Source: Thermoplasmata archaeon
GTDB lineage: Archaea > Thermoplasmatota > Thermoplasmata > RBG-16-68-12 > JAFNFQ01
Reading direction: 5' to 3'
DNA length: 64,000 bases
NCBI GenBank assembly: GCA_041489255.1
Contig: JBGPQV010000002.1
Coordinates: 128,001-192,000, forward strand
This document shows, piece by piece, positions 40,889 to 51,338 of the stretch. The position numbers and the translations under genes were made by a program. The stretch's first letter is position 1. The number at the start of each line of letters is the position of its first letter. The notes beneath the pieces were generated by a model. The model searched no databases, was not told the DNA's origin, and saw only the letters and a program-made list of their open reading frames with translations.

Positions 40889-42635
40889 GCTTCATCACCT
40901 CCTTGATCTTCGAGACGATGTGGCGGGGCTCGAAAGGCTCGCCGTCGTACTTGCGCAGGTGATGGTTCATCTCGATGCTCGTCTCCGCCCTCAATAGGCG
41001 GGCGAACTGCCCTGTGTGGTTGCCCTCCACCGCCATCGTCGAGCTCGCGCTCTTCAGAATCTTCTTCGTTTCGTCCGAGTGGAACGGGAAGACGTAGCAG
41101 TATTCGAGCGAGTTGACCTTTACGCGGTTCTCCGCGTTCACCCTTGAGATCGCCTCTCTAAGAGCGCCTTGAGTGGCCCCCCAGCTCACAAGGGTGAGGT
41201 CCGCCCTCTCCGGCCCCCAGAGCTCCGGTCCGGGAGTGTCCTTGATGATGCCCTCGAGCTTCCTCATGCGCTTGTCGTGCATCTTCACCCTTCCCTTGAG
41301 GGAATCTGGCATTCCCGCCAAGACGTCGCTGATGAGCGTCCCGTCCTCCAGGTGCTCGTCGCTGCCTGCGATGTGCTCGAATCCCTTCTGGCCGGGGAAG
41401 GCGCGCGGAGAGACTCCGGAGTCGGTAACGAGGTACCTCTTGAATTCCTCGGGCTTCGATTCGTCCGCGATCATTCCGCGGTTGATTGGAACGTTGAAAT
41501 CGAATGTGCTGACCGTGCCGTAGCTCTCACTCAGCACAAGGTCCGTCATCAGGATGATCGGTGTCTGATAGACATCCGCCAGGTTGAACGCTTTCACCGT
41601 CGTGTCGAAGCATTCCTGCTGGTTCCTGGGGGCGATTATCGCGCGTGGCCAGTCCCCCTGCCCCGCGCCCATCGCGAGGTTCAGATCGCCCTGCTCGGTC
41701 TTCGTCGGGAGACCGGTGGAAGGCCCGCCGCGCTGTGCGAGCACTACGACCACAGGGACCTCCAGCATTCCCGCCAGTCCGAGCCCTTCGACCATCAGCG
41801 AGAAGCCGCCGCCTGAAGTCGCCGTCATGGCCCTGACTCCGCCCAATCCGGCGCCAATCGCCATATTGATGGAGGCCAGCTCATCCTCCGACTGCTTGAC
41901 CACCACGCCGTTCTTCGGCCCGTGGGCGGCAAGGTAATGGAGGATGCTGGACGATGGTGTCATCGGATATTGGGCGTGGAACTTCACTCCGGAAGCGAGC
42001 GCCCCCATCGCGATGGCTTCATTGCCGGTCACGAGCATACGCCGCTGCTTCGTATACCTGACCGAGTGCTGGAAGCTCCCTTTCCCCTTCGCGACGAAAT
42101 CGTGACCCGCCTTCGCCGCTCCGACGTTGGCGTCGATCACATCCTGCTTCTTAGCACCGAACTGGCTCTTGACGACGCTGACGAAGATGTCGAAGTCCAT
42201 GTCCAGGAGGCCCACGGCCGCGCCCAAGGCCACGGTGTTCTTCATGATCTGCGCAGTGCTGTAGGTACGAGACAATTCCAGAAGAGGGATCTCAACGAGA
42301 GTCACGCCTTTCTTGAGTTCGTTCTTCTCGACCTTCACGGCGTTCGAATCGACGATTATCGCGCCGCCCTCCGTCACATTCTTCGCGTGCAAGTCAGCGG
42401 TGTCCTGATTCAGGCAGATCAGGACATCGGGGTCCTCGCCATGGCAGCTAACCGGGGACTCGCTGGCCCGAACCTGGGTCCAGACGTGCCCTCCACGAAT
42501 TATGGACTGATAGAACGAATAGGTTGAGACGAAGAGGCCGCTCCTCGTGCAGGCCCTCGAAAACGTCTCTGCGCTCGAGGCGACCCCGTCGCCAGCCGCC
42601 CCGCCGATGCGGAATGATACCTCGCCTTTCTTCAT
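40881..42635 (-). CDS. 2-oxoacid:ferredoxin oxidoreductase alpha subunit (second copy)
   Basis: GAAGDG, IRGG, YPMTPS, EDELAS, TATSGGGFSL, RGGPSTGLPT. Confidence 0.95.
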   Translation of the reverse strand: MKKGEVSFRIGGAAGDGVASSAETFSRACTRSGLFVSTYSFYQSIIRGGHVWTQVRASESPVSCHGEDPDVLICLNQDTADLHAKNVTEGGAIIVDSNAVKVEKNELKKGVTLVEIPLLELSRTYSTAQIMKNTVALGAAVGLLDMDFDIFVSVVKSQFGAKKQDVIDANVGAAKAGHDFVAKGKGSFQHSVRYTKQRRMLVTGNEAIAMGALASGVKFHAQYPMTPSSSILHYLAAHGPKNGVVVKQSEDELASINMAIGAGLGGVRAMTATSGGGFSLMVEGLGLAGMLEVPVVVVLAQRGGPSTGLPTKTEQGDLNLAMGAGQGDWPRAIIAPRNQQECFDTTVKAFNLADVYQTPIILMTDLVLSESYGTVSTFDFNVPINRGMIADESKPEEFKRYLVTDSGVSPRAFPGQKGFEHIAGSDEHLEDGTLISDVLAGMPDSLKGRVKMHDKRMRKLEGIIKDTPGPELWGPERADLTLVSWGATQGALREAISRVNAENRVKVNSLEYCYVFPFHSDETKKILKSASSTMAVEGNHTGQFARLLRAETSIEMNHHLRKYDGEPFEPRHIVSKIKEVMKLA

Positions 42636-42777
42636 AGAGTGCCTCCTGATTCATCGACTGCTTGACCCGTTTCAAAGGCAAGGAAACTTAAATAGTTTCA
42701 CAATGGCGCGTCTCCATAACGCGAAGCCTTATGTCATGAATGGCGATTCGGTCGGCCGAAAAGAAGGAGGTTCAAAG

Positions 42778-43173
42778 ATGTCTCCAAAGAGCGCCCCCAG
42801 AATCGAAGGATACTACACGCCCCTCGGTCCATACTCGCACGTGGTCGCCGCCAACGGCTTCATTTTCCTCTCAGCACAGACCCCCCTGAAACCCGATGGC
42901 TCGTCGAAGGAGTTCATCGGCTCAGATGTCAAGGAGCAGACCCGCCAGGTCCTGTCCAACGTGAAGATGCTGCTGGAGAAGGCGGGCAGCTCCCTGGAAG
43001 ATGTGGTGAAGGTCACGGTGTACCTGACCAATCCGAAGGACTCGGGTGCCATGAACGAAGTCTATAGAGAGTTCTTCCCGAAAAACCCGCCCGTGAGATC
43101 CCTCGCCAGAATCGGATTGGAGCCGCCGGGCCTCTTGGTCGCGGTGGACGTCATCGCGGTCCAGAAGAAGTGA
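42778..43173 (+). CDS. RidA/YjgF/UK114 family imine deaminase
   Basis: GPYSH, VVKVTVYL, MNEVYREFF..PPVRS; RBS GGAGG. Confidence 0.88.
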   Translation: MSPKSAPRIEGYYTPLGPYSHVVAANGFIFLSAQTPLKPDGSSKEFIGSDVKEQTRQVLSNVKMLLEKAGSSLEDVVKVTVYLTNPKDSGAMNEVYREFFPKNPPVRSLARIGLEPPGLLVAVDVIAVQKK

Positions 43174-43407
43174 TCAGAAGGCCATCCTCGCGAGCGTCTT
43201 CGTGGCCTTGATGCCCTCTATCGCCCGGACTTTGGAGACCACGATCTCGCCTATCTTGTCGTAGGTCTCCGCCTCGACCTTGGCGATCAGGTCGTACTCG
43301 CCGAAGAGCGGGTAGAGCTCCACCACCTCTTCGATCTTGAGGAGACGCTGGTAGACGTCTCTCTCCATGGAGGGCTCCACGCTTATGAGCACGAATCCTA
43401 CCGCCAA
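43174..43407 (-). CDS. Stand-alone Lrp/AsnC ligand-binding (RAM) domain protein
   Basis: TTG start after GGTGA; GFVLISVEP..LFGEYDLIAKVE..VRAIEGI. Confidence 0.85.
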   Translation of the reverse strand: MAVGFVLISVEPSMERDVYQRLLKIEEVVELYPLFGEYDLIAKVEAETYDKIGEIVVSKVRAIEGIKATKTLARMAF

Positions 43408-43522
43408 ATCGTCACCGAATTTTGCGGATGCGTGGGCCGTAGTTAAGGTTGTCGGTATGGTTCCGATATGCGCTACCATAATATTCAGCCGGGGCTGGCG
43501 AGGTCTGACGTTGCGGTAGTCA

Positions 43523-45184
43523 TCAGCTTGTGTTGAATTCCTGACTGTACGTTGCGTAGCCCCAGAGCACGCTGATTTCGACCTTGTAGTTCGTCTGCGG
43601 ATTCCCGTGGAGTATGAAATAATCGCCAGAAGAAAGGAATCCATTTGCATCGCCGTCTATGAAGGTCAGGTTCCCGCCTGGGAAGTAGTAGATAGATCCG
43701 TTGACCAAGGCGCGGCTATCGAGGACCAGGGTCGAGTTTTCCCGGAGGGACACGTTGAGATGCTTGCTCAGGTTGAGCTCCTGATGCCACCAGGGCACGC
43801 TCACGTTTATCGTCAATGGCATCTGCGTATCTTTGGCTGTGAGACGAACACGAGGAATGTTGCCAATTATATGGCCATAGCCGGCAATCCATGTTGCGTC
43901 AATCGTCCATCCTCCATTGAGCTGGATTCCGAAAGATATTCCCGTCCTGTTTGCGATGCCGCCGATCGTGAAGCGGTCGCCTGCGTTGAGCATCCCGTTT
44001 CCATCAACGTCAGAGTAGCCTATCGTGACTCCATCAGTTGTAGTCACGGGCAAATCCGCCATCCGGCCCTGGAGTATTGTATCGTTTCCCGCCGAGTGAA
44101 AAGTGAAATTCATCTGGGAGAGCGGGAAATCTCCGGTGTGTCCGTGCTGCACTACTTCAATCGTCGAGGTGACATTCAGTCCGATTTGATCTCCAACGTG
44201 GCGAAGGTGCAATGTGCTGGAGTCACCATCAATGACCAATTGATATGGACCACGGTCATGATTCAGGACATACTTGATTCCGCAAATGTAGCCACAGTCT
44301 CTCATGCCGCCGCCAAACGACCATAGATAGGTCTGAAACCCGAGGCCGCTCATCTCGTCAAGATGCAAGCTGAACTGATCGCCGTCGTCGAGCAGGTTGT
44401 TGCCATTCAAGTCGAAATAGCGTATCGTCCCGTTCCGAGATGTCCCGTTCTTCAATGATTGCATCTCGTCCACGACTGGCATGCCCCAATATCCGCCTGA
44501 CAACGATACATATTCGATAGCCGCGATTATGATCCAAGTGGCAGCCGAATCGATCAATGGGGCAGCCGAATCGATCAATGGTATGCCCTGTAGATACGCC
44601 GGGATTTCATAGACTGCCTTGGTCAATGTGACATTCACAAGATTTATGGGGTATCCATCGCCGTCTCGCGTGAGCACCGTATAGGACATCCATCCCGTCT
44701 CGTTCCGTTCCCCAGGCATGAGGTAAACCCCCATCACATATGAGACCGCATCCATGACTACTCCAATCGACTGGAAGACCATTGGAGTCGGACAAATGAA
44801 TTCCTCTGCCCAGACGCCTTGCACGTTGTTGAAATCATGGGGCGTGAAATGGAGGGTCGTTCTGAATCGTTCTCCGACGGCGTACTGCTTATTGATATCT
44901 CCGCGGACTAGACCAGAATCATTGCCACATAAAGCGAATTGACCGTTGAGCTGCACGTACACCTCGCGGCCATAGGTCGTGTTGAAGTAGTTGACTTGCG
45001 TGATTATCCCTTCAACGTCTCTCACCTCACCGAGCTTCCAGTGCTCATGGAGGATAACCTCGTCCGCAGTGTATGGTCTGTAATAGATATGCCATAGGCC
45101 GTAGGATGCACTCGACACGATGGTGAATGCGACTAGAACGGCAATGTCCGCGCCCCACCGTCCAATCCGCAACCTATTCTTCAC
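43523..45184 (-). CDS. Membrane-anchored extracellular protein with three DxDGNGxLxxGD Ca-binding modules
   Basis: N-terminal TM; DLNGNNLLDDGD, DVDGNGMLNAGD, DGDANGFLSSGD. GTG start inferred from an upstream TTTTAAG box. Confidence 0.7.
   Translation of the reverse strand: MKNRLRIGRWGADIAVLVAFTIVSSASYGLWHIYYRPYTADEVILHEHWKLGEVRDVEGIITQVNYFNTTYGREVYVQLNGQFALCGNDSGLVRGDINKQYAVGERFRTTLHFTPHDFNNVQGVWAEEFICPTPMVFQSIGVVMDAVSYVMGVYLMPGERNETGWMSYTVLTRDGDGYPINLVNVTLTKAVYEIPAYLQGIPLIDSAAPLIDSAATWIIIAAIEYVSLSGGYWGMPVVDEMQSLKNGTSRNGTIRYFDLNGNNLLDDGDQFSLHLDEMSGLGFQTYLWSFGGGMRDCGYICGIKYVLNHDRGPYQLVIDGDSSTLHLRHVGDQIGLNVTSTIEVVQHGHTGDFPLSQMNFTFHSAGNDTILQGRMADLPVTTTDGVTIGYSDVDGNGMLNAGDRFTIGGIANRTGISFGIQLNGGWTIDATWIAGYGHIIGNIPRVRLTAKDTQMPLTINVSVPWWHQELNLSKHLNVSLRENSTLVLDSRALVNGSIYYFPGGNLTFIDGDANGFLSSGDYFILHGNPQTNYKVEISVLWGYATYSQEFNTS
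44540..44581. repeat. Perfect 21-bp tandem duplication, in frame (PLIDSAA x2)
   Basis: GGCAGCCGAATCGATCAATGG occurs twice in a row. Confidence 0.95.
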
Positions 45185-45322
45185 CAGATACGATGATAAC
45201 CAATCGTCACCCTTAAAACTATTCTTGGGGCGAATGGCAGCCGTGTCAAGAATGATTATCACGGAAGACAACGCGGGAGCAACCATGAATACCTTGCACG
45301 CCAATAATCATGGTTCAAGACG

Positions 45323-45793
45323 ATGAGAAAAGAGACGCGCCACAAGAGATGCATGCAGAGCTGCGTCCCCTATCCGTTTGAAACGCTGAGACGCTGCTAC
45401 GTCACGTTGTTCGGCGGCGTCTCACCCGACCTGCAGGCATATCAGGTCGGAATCAATAGAGAGGCGCTCGCCGGCAACACAGAACTGGACGCCCTTGACA
45501 GGGTGGCGGTTGGTATCCTAGGCGAAGGTCGCACGCGCCCCTTCTTCATGGAGAGGCTCTACGACGTCACGGCTCTCGACGCCACGACGCCAGACGCGAT
45601 CGCGAAATCGGCATTCGGCGAGGCGGTGTTCTCGGTCGAGCTGGACATGGGAAGAAGGCCGTTCGACTCCCTCAGGGAAGGCCGTATGATCGTCCTCAGC
45701 GCGGTCTTGGCCGACCCTGAGGCGGAAGGCATGGGATGGCGGCTGGACCTGCTCGCCAAGGCCCTCCGCGAACTCCGCATACTCGAATCCTAG
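45323..45793 (+). CDS. Hypothetical protein, start uncertain
   Basis: ORF fills the gap before pdxT; 3' part has host-like codons. Confidence 0.45.
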   Translation: MRKETRHKRCMQSCVPYPFETLRRCYVTLFGGVSPDLQAYQVGINREALAGNTELDALDRVAVGILGEGRTRPFFMERLYDVTALDATTPDAIAKSAFGEAVFSVELDMGRRPFDSLREGRMIVLSAVLADPEAEGMGWRLDLLAKALRELRILES

Positions 45794-45847
45794 ACTCCGC
45801 GCGATTTCTGAAAAACCTTATCTCACACTCCCTTCTACTGATTGCCG

Positions 45848-46438
45848 ATGCGCATCGGAGTCGTTGGTCTGCAGGGAGACGTCAGCGAGCATGTCGAGGC
45901 GGTCAAGCTCGCGTTGAAGAAATCGGGTCGGCATGGCGACGTGATCCTCCTCCGTCGACCTGAGGACCTGGAGAAGGCCGACGCCGCCACGATTCCCGGC
46001 GGGGAGAGCACGACGATTTCGAAGCTGCTGATCAAGTCGGGTCTCTTCGAGCCGCTCAGGCGCAGAGGAAAGGAGGGCATGCCGATACTGGGCACCTGCG
46101 CGGGCTGCATCCTTCTTTCGAAGGAAGCGGGGAATCAGGCTGAGAAGACGAAGACCACCTTGCTTGCCCTGATGGATATGGAGGTCGACCGCAACGCTTT
46201 CGGGCGGCAGAAGGAGAGCTTCGAGGCCCCACTGACCATCGAGGGACTTGACGGGCCGTTCAAGGGGGTCTTCATCAGGGCCCCCGCCATCGTGAAGGTC
46301 TGGGGCGAATGCAGGGATCTGGCCAGGTTCGGCGACTCGATCGTGCTGGCCAGACAGGGAAACCTTGTGGGCGCCGCGTTCCATCCGGAGCTCGGCGGGG
46401 ACACGAGGTTCCATGAATGGTTCCTTAGCCTGATCTAG
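45848..46438 (+). CDS. pdxT: Pyridoxal 5'-phosphate synthase glutaminase subunit
   Basis: IGVVGLQG, PGGESTT, GTCAG, RNAFGRQ, FIRAP, FHPEL. Confidence 0.95.
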   Translation: MRIGVVGLQGDVSEHVEAVKLALKKSGRHGDVILLRRPEDLEKADAATIPGGESTTISKLLIKSGLFEPLRRRGKEGMPILGTCAGCILLSKEAGNQAEKTKTTLLALMDMEVDRNAFGRQKESFEAPLTIEGLDGPFKGVFIRAPAIVKVWGECRDLARFGDSIVLARQGNLVGAAFHPELGGDTRFHEWFLSLI

Positions 46439-48267
46439 GGGATCAGGAACAATGCCAGCAGGGAGAGCGCCACCGCCAGTGAGACGCTCAGGGCCAGGGC
46501 GGGCTTGAGGATGGCCACCGTGAGATTGATTCCTGTGGTCAACCTTGCAGAAGACTCAGGACCGAAGATACTCAGGTCGTCGATATGGCCCGTGGCGGCT
46601 GCTGACTGCGAGAATGACAAGTCCCGGACCGCAAGATCGGTCAATTCCTTCGCCTTATCGATGAGGCTGGTCCGGTCCATCTTCACACCGACGGGGTTGA
46701 AGCCGCCCATGGTCATGTTCACCGCGTGATCATCCGAGGTGAGGACCTCGGCGATGTCGACCATGCCCTTGACGGCCGCGATGATCTCCTCTCTCAGGCC
46801 GCAGACCATGTTGTTTCCGTCGAAGAGGATGTAGGCGGTCTTTTGGCCTCCAGCCTCGACGACGAGCACCTGTATCCCCAAGGGGCCGAGGCCGTCATCC
46901 GGATTGCCGGTGTACGGCATCGAAGCGTAACCTATGCCGATCGTGTCGAAACGAAGGCCCTTGGCAGACTCCACCGCCTTTCTTGACGCGGCGATGATGT
47001 CGTGCGACGCGCGGCTCCCGAAGTGCGTGAGGCCGCTGCCGACCTCCATGCAGTTATGCGCGTCCACGAAGATCGCGTCGGCGGCCCCGGCGGCCTTCGC
47101 CTCTTGGCGGGCGGCGTGGCCTGTCGCCGAGTCGATGTCGTCAGTCGGGTTCGGAGCGAGCGAGCAGAGTATCAGGGCGGTCTCTCCGAAGAACTGCGCC
47201 ATGGCGGTGGCCTTCCCGACGGTCGCCGTCGCCGACCTCGTGCCGCCGTGAAGCGACTTCGCTCCTTCGATGAGCCCCCTCACCTTGTCCCCGATCCTCC
47301 TGCACTCCGCCAGCGTCGAGATGTTCTGGTCGTGGGTGCAGGGTCCCTTGGGAACCATGACCGCAGGCGACAGTTCGAAGAGATAGTGCGCGAGCTTGCG
47401 CGGCAGGTCGCTCCCGCCAAGGGTGCCGAGCGGCCCGGGATGGGCAGACGGCACGATTATCACCGCCTTCATCCTCGAGGCAGAGGCGAACGCGATCGCG
47501 CCGACGTGCACCTGCGCGGGCATCGAGATGGACTGGAAGAAGCCCTCGACCTTGTCCTGCGAGGCCGAGCCTCTCTCGGTCATGTGATCCAGGAACTGGC
47601 TCATGAGCCAGAGGCCGTCGTAGCCGAAGCTCCTCCTCATCGGCCTGTTGGCGAGCTCTGCGAAGAGCATCGAGCTGCCGAGGAAGAATAGGAAGACGAG
47701 CACGGCGAAAGCCAAATCCCCGACGGTGAACGGCATCACGAGGGGCGTGAGCAGATACGCGGCCAGGGTCTGAATCGACGAGGGGAGCAGCGACCTGGAC
47801 GTCCTGCTCTCCGAGGTAGCGAGCATCACCAGATGCCTCAGCCACAGGGGGACCCCCCACGCTAGGATAGTCAGACGCTGCGGAGAGAGACTGCCGGAGA
47901 TCGAGGGCGCCGCAAGTCTCACAATAGCCTCGATCCCCCGCGACGCAGCTGCCACTCCGACCGCGAATGCAAGACCGGCGAGCGCGAGGAGCGCGGTCCG
48001 CCTGAAATATGTCCTGCCCCCGAAGAACTCTGCCAGAGGCTTCGTGAGAAAGGCGGCCAAGAGCGTCGGGATGCCGAAGAGTGCTGTCGAGTAGGCCACA
48101 ATCCACCAGTCGAGTCTGGGCGCTGCGACCAGGAACCCCCCGACGATCAAGAGGATGATGCAGGGTATTATCGTCACGCGCGGCGGCGGGGCCCAGAAGA
48201 GCCTCGATGTGACGCTCGTCGCATCGGAGTGATATTCCTGGGCCGTCTTCGGTTTCGCCGACGCCAT
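46435..48267 (-). CDS. DUF2070 family membrane protein
   Basis: Multi-TM N-terminus; HPGPLGTLGGSDLP, DAHN, DGNN, TSDDH. Confidence 0.85.
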   Translation of the reverse strand: MASAKPKTAQEYHSDATSVTSRLFWAPPPRVTIIPCIILLIVGGFLVAAPRLDWWIVAYSTALFGIPTLLAAFLTKPLAEFFGGRTYFRRTALLALAGLAFAVGVAAASRGIEAIVRLAAPSISGSLSPQRLTILAWGVPLWLRHLVMLATSESRTSRSLLPSSIQTLAAYLLTPLVMPFTVGDLAFAVLVFLFFLGSSMLFAELANRPMRRSFGYDGLWLMSQFLDHMTERGSASQDKVEGFFQSISMPAQVHVGAIAFASASRMKAVIIVPSAHPGPLGTLGGSDLPRKLAHYLFELSPAVMVPKGPCTHDQNISTLAECRRIGDKVRGLIEGAKSLHGGTRSATATVGKATAMAQFFGETALILCSLAPNPTDDIDSATGHAARQEAKAAGAADAIFVDAHNCMEVGSGLTHFGSRASHDIIAASRKAVESAKGLRFDTIGIGYASMPYTGNPDDGLGPLGIQVLVVEAGGQKTAYILFDGNNMVCGLREEIIAAVKGMVDIAEVLTSDDHAVNMTMGGFNPVGVKMDRTSLIDKAKELTDLAVRDLSFSQSAAATGHIDDLSIFGPESSARLTTGINLTVAILKPALALSVSLAVALSLLALFLIP

Positions 48268-48268
48268 G

Positions 48269-49006
48269 TCAGTGCCCCTTCACCGCCTCCACTATGCGCC
48301 GGAGAACGGAGAAGTCGCCAGCCTCCTCGAGGATCGTGCCGGTCACAACGATGTCGGCTCCCGCCGCGGCGATAGCCTTCGCGGCCTTTGACGTCCTGAT
48401 ACCGCCGCCGACCACGAGCGGGATGCTTATCTCCTTCTTCACCGCCCTGATCATCTTCGGCGAGACCGGGAAAGGTGCTCCGGAGCCCGCCTCGAGGTAC
48501 ACGAGGTCCATGCCGAGGAACTGCGCGGCCAGCGCATACTGGACCGCCATGTCGGGGTCGTCCCTCGGAATCAGCTCGGCCCTCCCAACTTCCCCCGCCC
48601 TCATGCCTGGCCAGACCAGGAGGTAGCCCATCGATATGGTCTCGAGGCCCCATCGCTTGATCGTCCTGGAGGCTCGCCTTTGCTCGCCGACCACCATCCT
48701 CACATCATTCGAGTTGAGGAGGCTCATGAAGTAGACCGCGTCCGCGTACTTGCTCAGCCCCTCCTTGCTCGAAGGGAACAGGATCACTGGAACCGACGTC
48801 CTCGCCTTCATTGCCTTGATGGTCGCGTCGACCTTCTGGCGGGTGACGCCCGTCGAGCCGCCGATCATGATGGCATCGGTCCCGGCCTTGCAGGCGTGCA
48901 CCGCCAGCGAGGCGGTCGCCTTCGGCGGCTGCTTGTCGGGGTCGAGGAGGGTCATGTGGACCTTCTCCTCCCTCAGTGTCTCTTTAAGATTCTCGAGGAC
49001 CTTCAT
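48269..49006 (-). CDS. Geranylgeranylglyceryl phosphate synthase
   Basis: HMTLLDPDK, IGGST, YLEAGSGA, VGGGIR, VVTGT. Confidence 0.93.
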   Translation of the reverse strand: MKVLENLKETLREEKVHMTLLDPDKQPPKATASLAVHACKAGTDAIMIGGSTGVTRQKVDATIKAMKARTSVPVILFPSSKEGLSKYADAVYFMSLLNSNDVRMVVGEQRRASRTIKRWGLETISMGYLLVWPGMRAGEVGRAELIPRDDPDMAVQYALAAQFLGMDLVYLEAGSGAPFPVSPKMIRAVKKEISIPLVVGGGIRTSKAAKAIAAAGADIVVTGTILEEAGDFSVLRRIVEAVKGH

Positions 49007-49848
49007 AAGGCGCCTCCGACTAAGAAAGCGAACAGGGCAGCCACCATGCCGTACTTCGCGGCCCTGCTCGCCAGCGTCGGGTTTGCCGTTGAAATCCAAG
49101 CACAATAGATAAAGATGCCGTCTGCCAAGGTGACGACTGCTAGGTACGGCGCCCCTAGGACGTTCGTGACGAATGGCAATGGACTCAAGGCCACTCCGAA
49201 GACGAAGGCGGCGGATGCCATGAATCCGGCCTTATCAACTCCGATAACCATCGGCAGGGTCCTCCTGTCCACATCACCCGCCACATCCTCGATGTCCTTC
49301 ACTATCTCCCGCCCGAGAGTTGCAAGGAAGGCCAGAAGACCCATCCACGAGACCCTCGACAGAGCCTGCATGGACCCATTGTAAGCTGCTGCGCCGCCGA
49401 AGATGAACAGCGACGCGACCAGCCAACCTATGATCACATTGCCGCTCGACCCCTTCCTCTTGAAGCGCACTTCATAGGAGACCATTGCTGCCAGATCGAT
49501 GACGACGATAAGGAGGGCCAACCAACCCGCCAGGATACTGAGAGCCAGGGCGGTCACGAACAGTATGGCAGCGAACCTCAAAGCTCCGGGTGCGGAGACT
49601 CTGCCGGATGGAATCGGCCTTGCGGGATGATTTATCTTGTCGACCTCGCGGTCATAGTAGTCGTTCAGGGCGTTCCCCGCCCCGGTGAACAGGGCGCCGA
49701 CGACTGTCGCAACGGCGACCTGGATGGCGCTCCCGCCAAGGCCCGCGAAACCCACCGCAACGATGGCTCCAACCAATATCGCGGCGGCGGCTATGCAGCA
49801 GTTCAGTGGCCTTAGGAGGACAATGTACCCCCGCATTGAGGTCCGCAT
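49003..49848 (-). CDS. Digeranylgeranylglyceryl phosphate synthase (UbiA family)
   Basis: NDYYDREVDKINHPARPIPSG and REIVKDIEDVAGD motifs; adjacent to GGGPS. Confidence 0.9.
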   Translation of the reverse strand: MRTSMRGYIVLLRPLNCCIAAAAILVGAIVAVGFAGLGGSAIQVAVATVVGALFTGAGNALNDYYDREVDKINHPARPIPSGRVSAPGALRFAAILFVTALALSILAGWLALLIVVIDLAAMVSYEVRFKRKGSSGNVIIGWLVASLFIFGGAAAYNGSMQALSRVSWMGLLAFLATLGREIVKDIEDVAGDVDRRTLPMVIGVDKAGFMASAAFVFGVALSPLPFVTNVLGAPYLAVVTLADGIFIYCAWISTANPTLASRAAKYGMVAALFAFLVGGAL

Positions 49849-50042
49849 GATTGACCCGCCATATTATACTTTTAGAGAATACGAATTCGTGCGACTGGCC
49901 ATACTTGCTGGCTCGATACATTTTTATGCGTTGACTTTCATATCATTTAGGCCACCTACCATCGACGCATCCCCTCGCTTGGCCAAGGTTGAGTGAGGCG
50001 CGTCCATCGACGGGGTAGGGCACGGGGCAGGAAGGGCGGAGC

Positions 50043-51338
50043 GTGGCCGCGACAACGAAGAAGCACTTCGGTTTCTGGGGCGCCAAGACTCAGGCGATGG
50101 ATTCTCTCGCAAGAGCCGAGGGCCTCCTTGAGATGATGAAACTCTCCAGGGCGGATTTCGCGACCCCTCAGATGCTTCTCGAGGAAGCGAGGACTCTCCT
50201 GGCGCTCAAGGATTACCGCAAGTCCCTAGAGGCCGCGGAGCAGGCGGAAAGGCTCGCCGAGATCATCGAGGAGAGATACCGTGCCGCCAGGAAGGCCATG
50301 GGCATCCTCAAGTCTGAGATCAAACAGCTCGAGGAACTCGGTCTCAACGCGAGCGAAGCCCAAGCGGCTCTCGACCTCGCCAAGGAACGCATCATACAGG
50401 GGACGCTCGAGAACGGCATCAGGATACCCAATTACCTCGATGCGAGGTTGACCGCGGAGGATGCGGCAAAGCAGGCCAGAGGAATCATCATCAAAGCGAG
50501 GGAGGCCTCGGATGCTGTGTTTACCGCGCAGCTCGCGCTCGACGCATTGAGGGACATGGAAGGGCCGGTCACCCAGGAGCTGATGGACACGGTCGTCATG
50601 GCGCCGATGGACGACATGATGCAGAGGTCCACGGAACTAATCGCGAAGGGGGAAATGGAGGAGGCAATCGTTCTCGCGACCCAGGCCGAGGAGAAGGCGA
50701 ACGGGATCCGCGTGGACTACATGGAGTGCATGAGGAGCCTGGAGTCTTGTCAGGGCATCCTCAAGAACCTCACCGCCGAGGGCGTGGCGGTCGGCAGGGC
50801 AACACAGCTGCTCGATGGCGGGAGGAGCCTGCTCCTGACGGCGAAGGTCACCGGCGCACGGGATGCGATTTCCAGGGCTGAGAAGGAAGCGCTGACCGTC
50901 AGCAACCAGTACCGCAAGGCAGTCGCCTCGATAGAGAGCGCGGAGCAGGCCCTGAGGGAAGTGTCCAGAACGGGGATGGTGGACGCCGAAGCAGAGAAAA
51001 GGCTTAACGGGGCAAAGAAAGCCCTGGCGGACGGCAAGTACCTAAGGGCGCTCGACCTGGCCGATGACTGCAGGAAGAGTGCGAGCAAGAAAGTCGATGT
51101 CCACGAGGGCCTGGCGAAGAGCCTCCACGAAATGAGACAGAACCTGGAGAACCTCAAGCAAGAAGGGGTGCCCTTCGCGGACGATGTAGAAGAGATCTTG
51201 AGCAGGGCGGAGAGGGAGTACGAGGAGGGCGACTACGCAGGCTGCGGCAAGGACATGAAAATCGCATCGGTGCTTCTAGGCACGAGCGGTTCATCCGGCA
51301 AGGTCCCGCTGTACTTGATTAGAGAGAAGCGAGACTGA
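50043..51338 (+). CDS. Alpha-helical repeat / coiled-coil hypothetical protein
   Basis: E/A/K/L-rich 431-aa ORF with recurrent helical-bundle units. Confidence 0.7.
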   Translation: MAATTKKHFGFWGAKTQAMDSLARAEGLLEMMKLSRADFATPQMLLEEARTLLALKDYRKSLEAAEQAERLAEIIEERYRAARKAMGILKSEIKQLEELGLNASEAQAALDLAKERIIQGTLENGIRIPNYLDARLTAEDAAKQARGIIIKAREASDAVFTAQLALDALRDMEGPVTQELMDTVVMAPMDDMMQRSTELIAKGEMEEAIVLATQAEEKANGIRVDYMECMRSLESCQGILKNLTAEGVAVGRATQLLDGGRSLLLTAKVTGARDAISRAEKEALTVSNQYRKAVASIESAEQALREVSRTGMVDAEAEKRLNGAKKALADGKYLRALDLADDCRKSASKKVDVHEGLAKSLHEMRQNLENLKQEGVPFADDVEEILSRAEREYEEGDYAGCGKDMKIASVLLGTSGSSGKVPLYLIREKRD

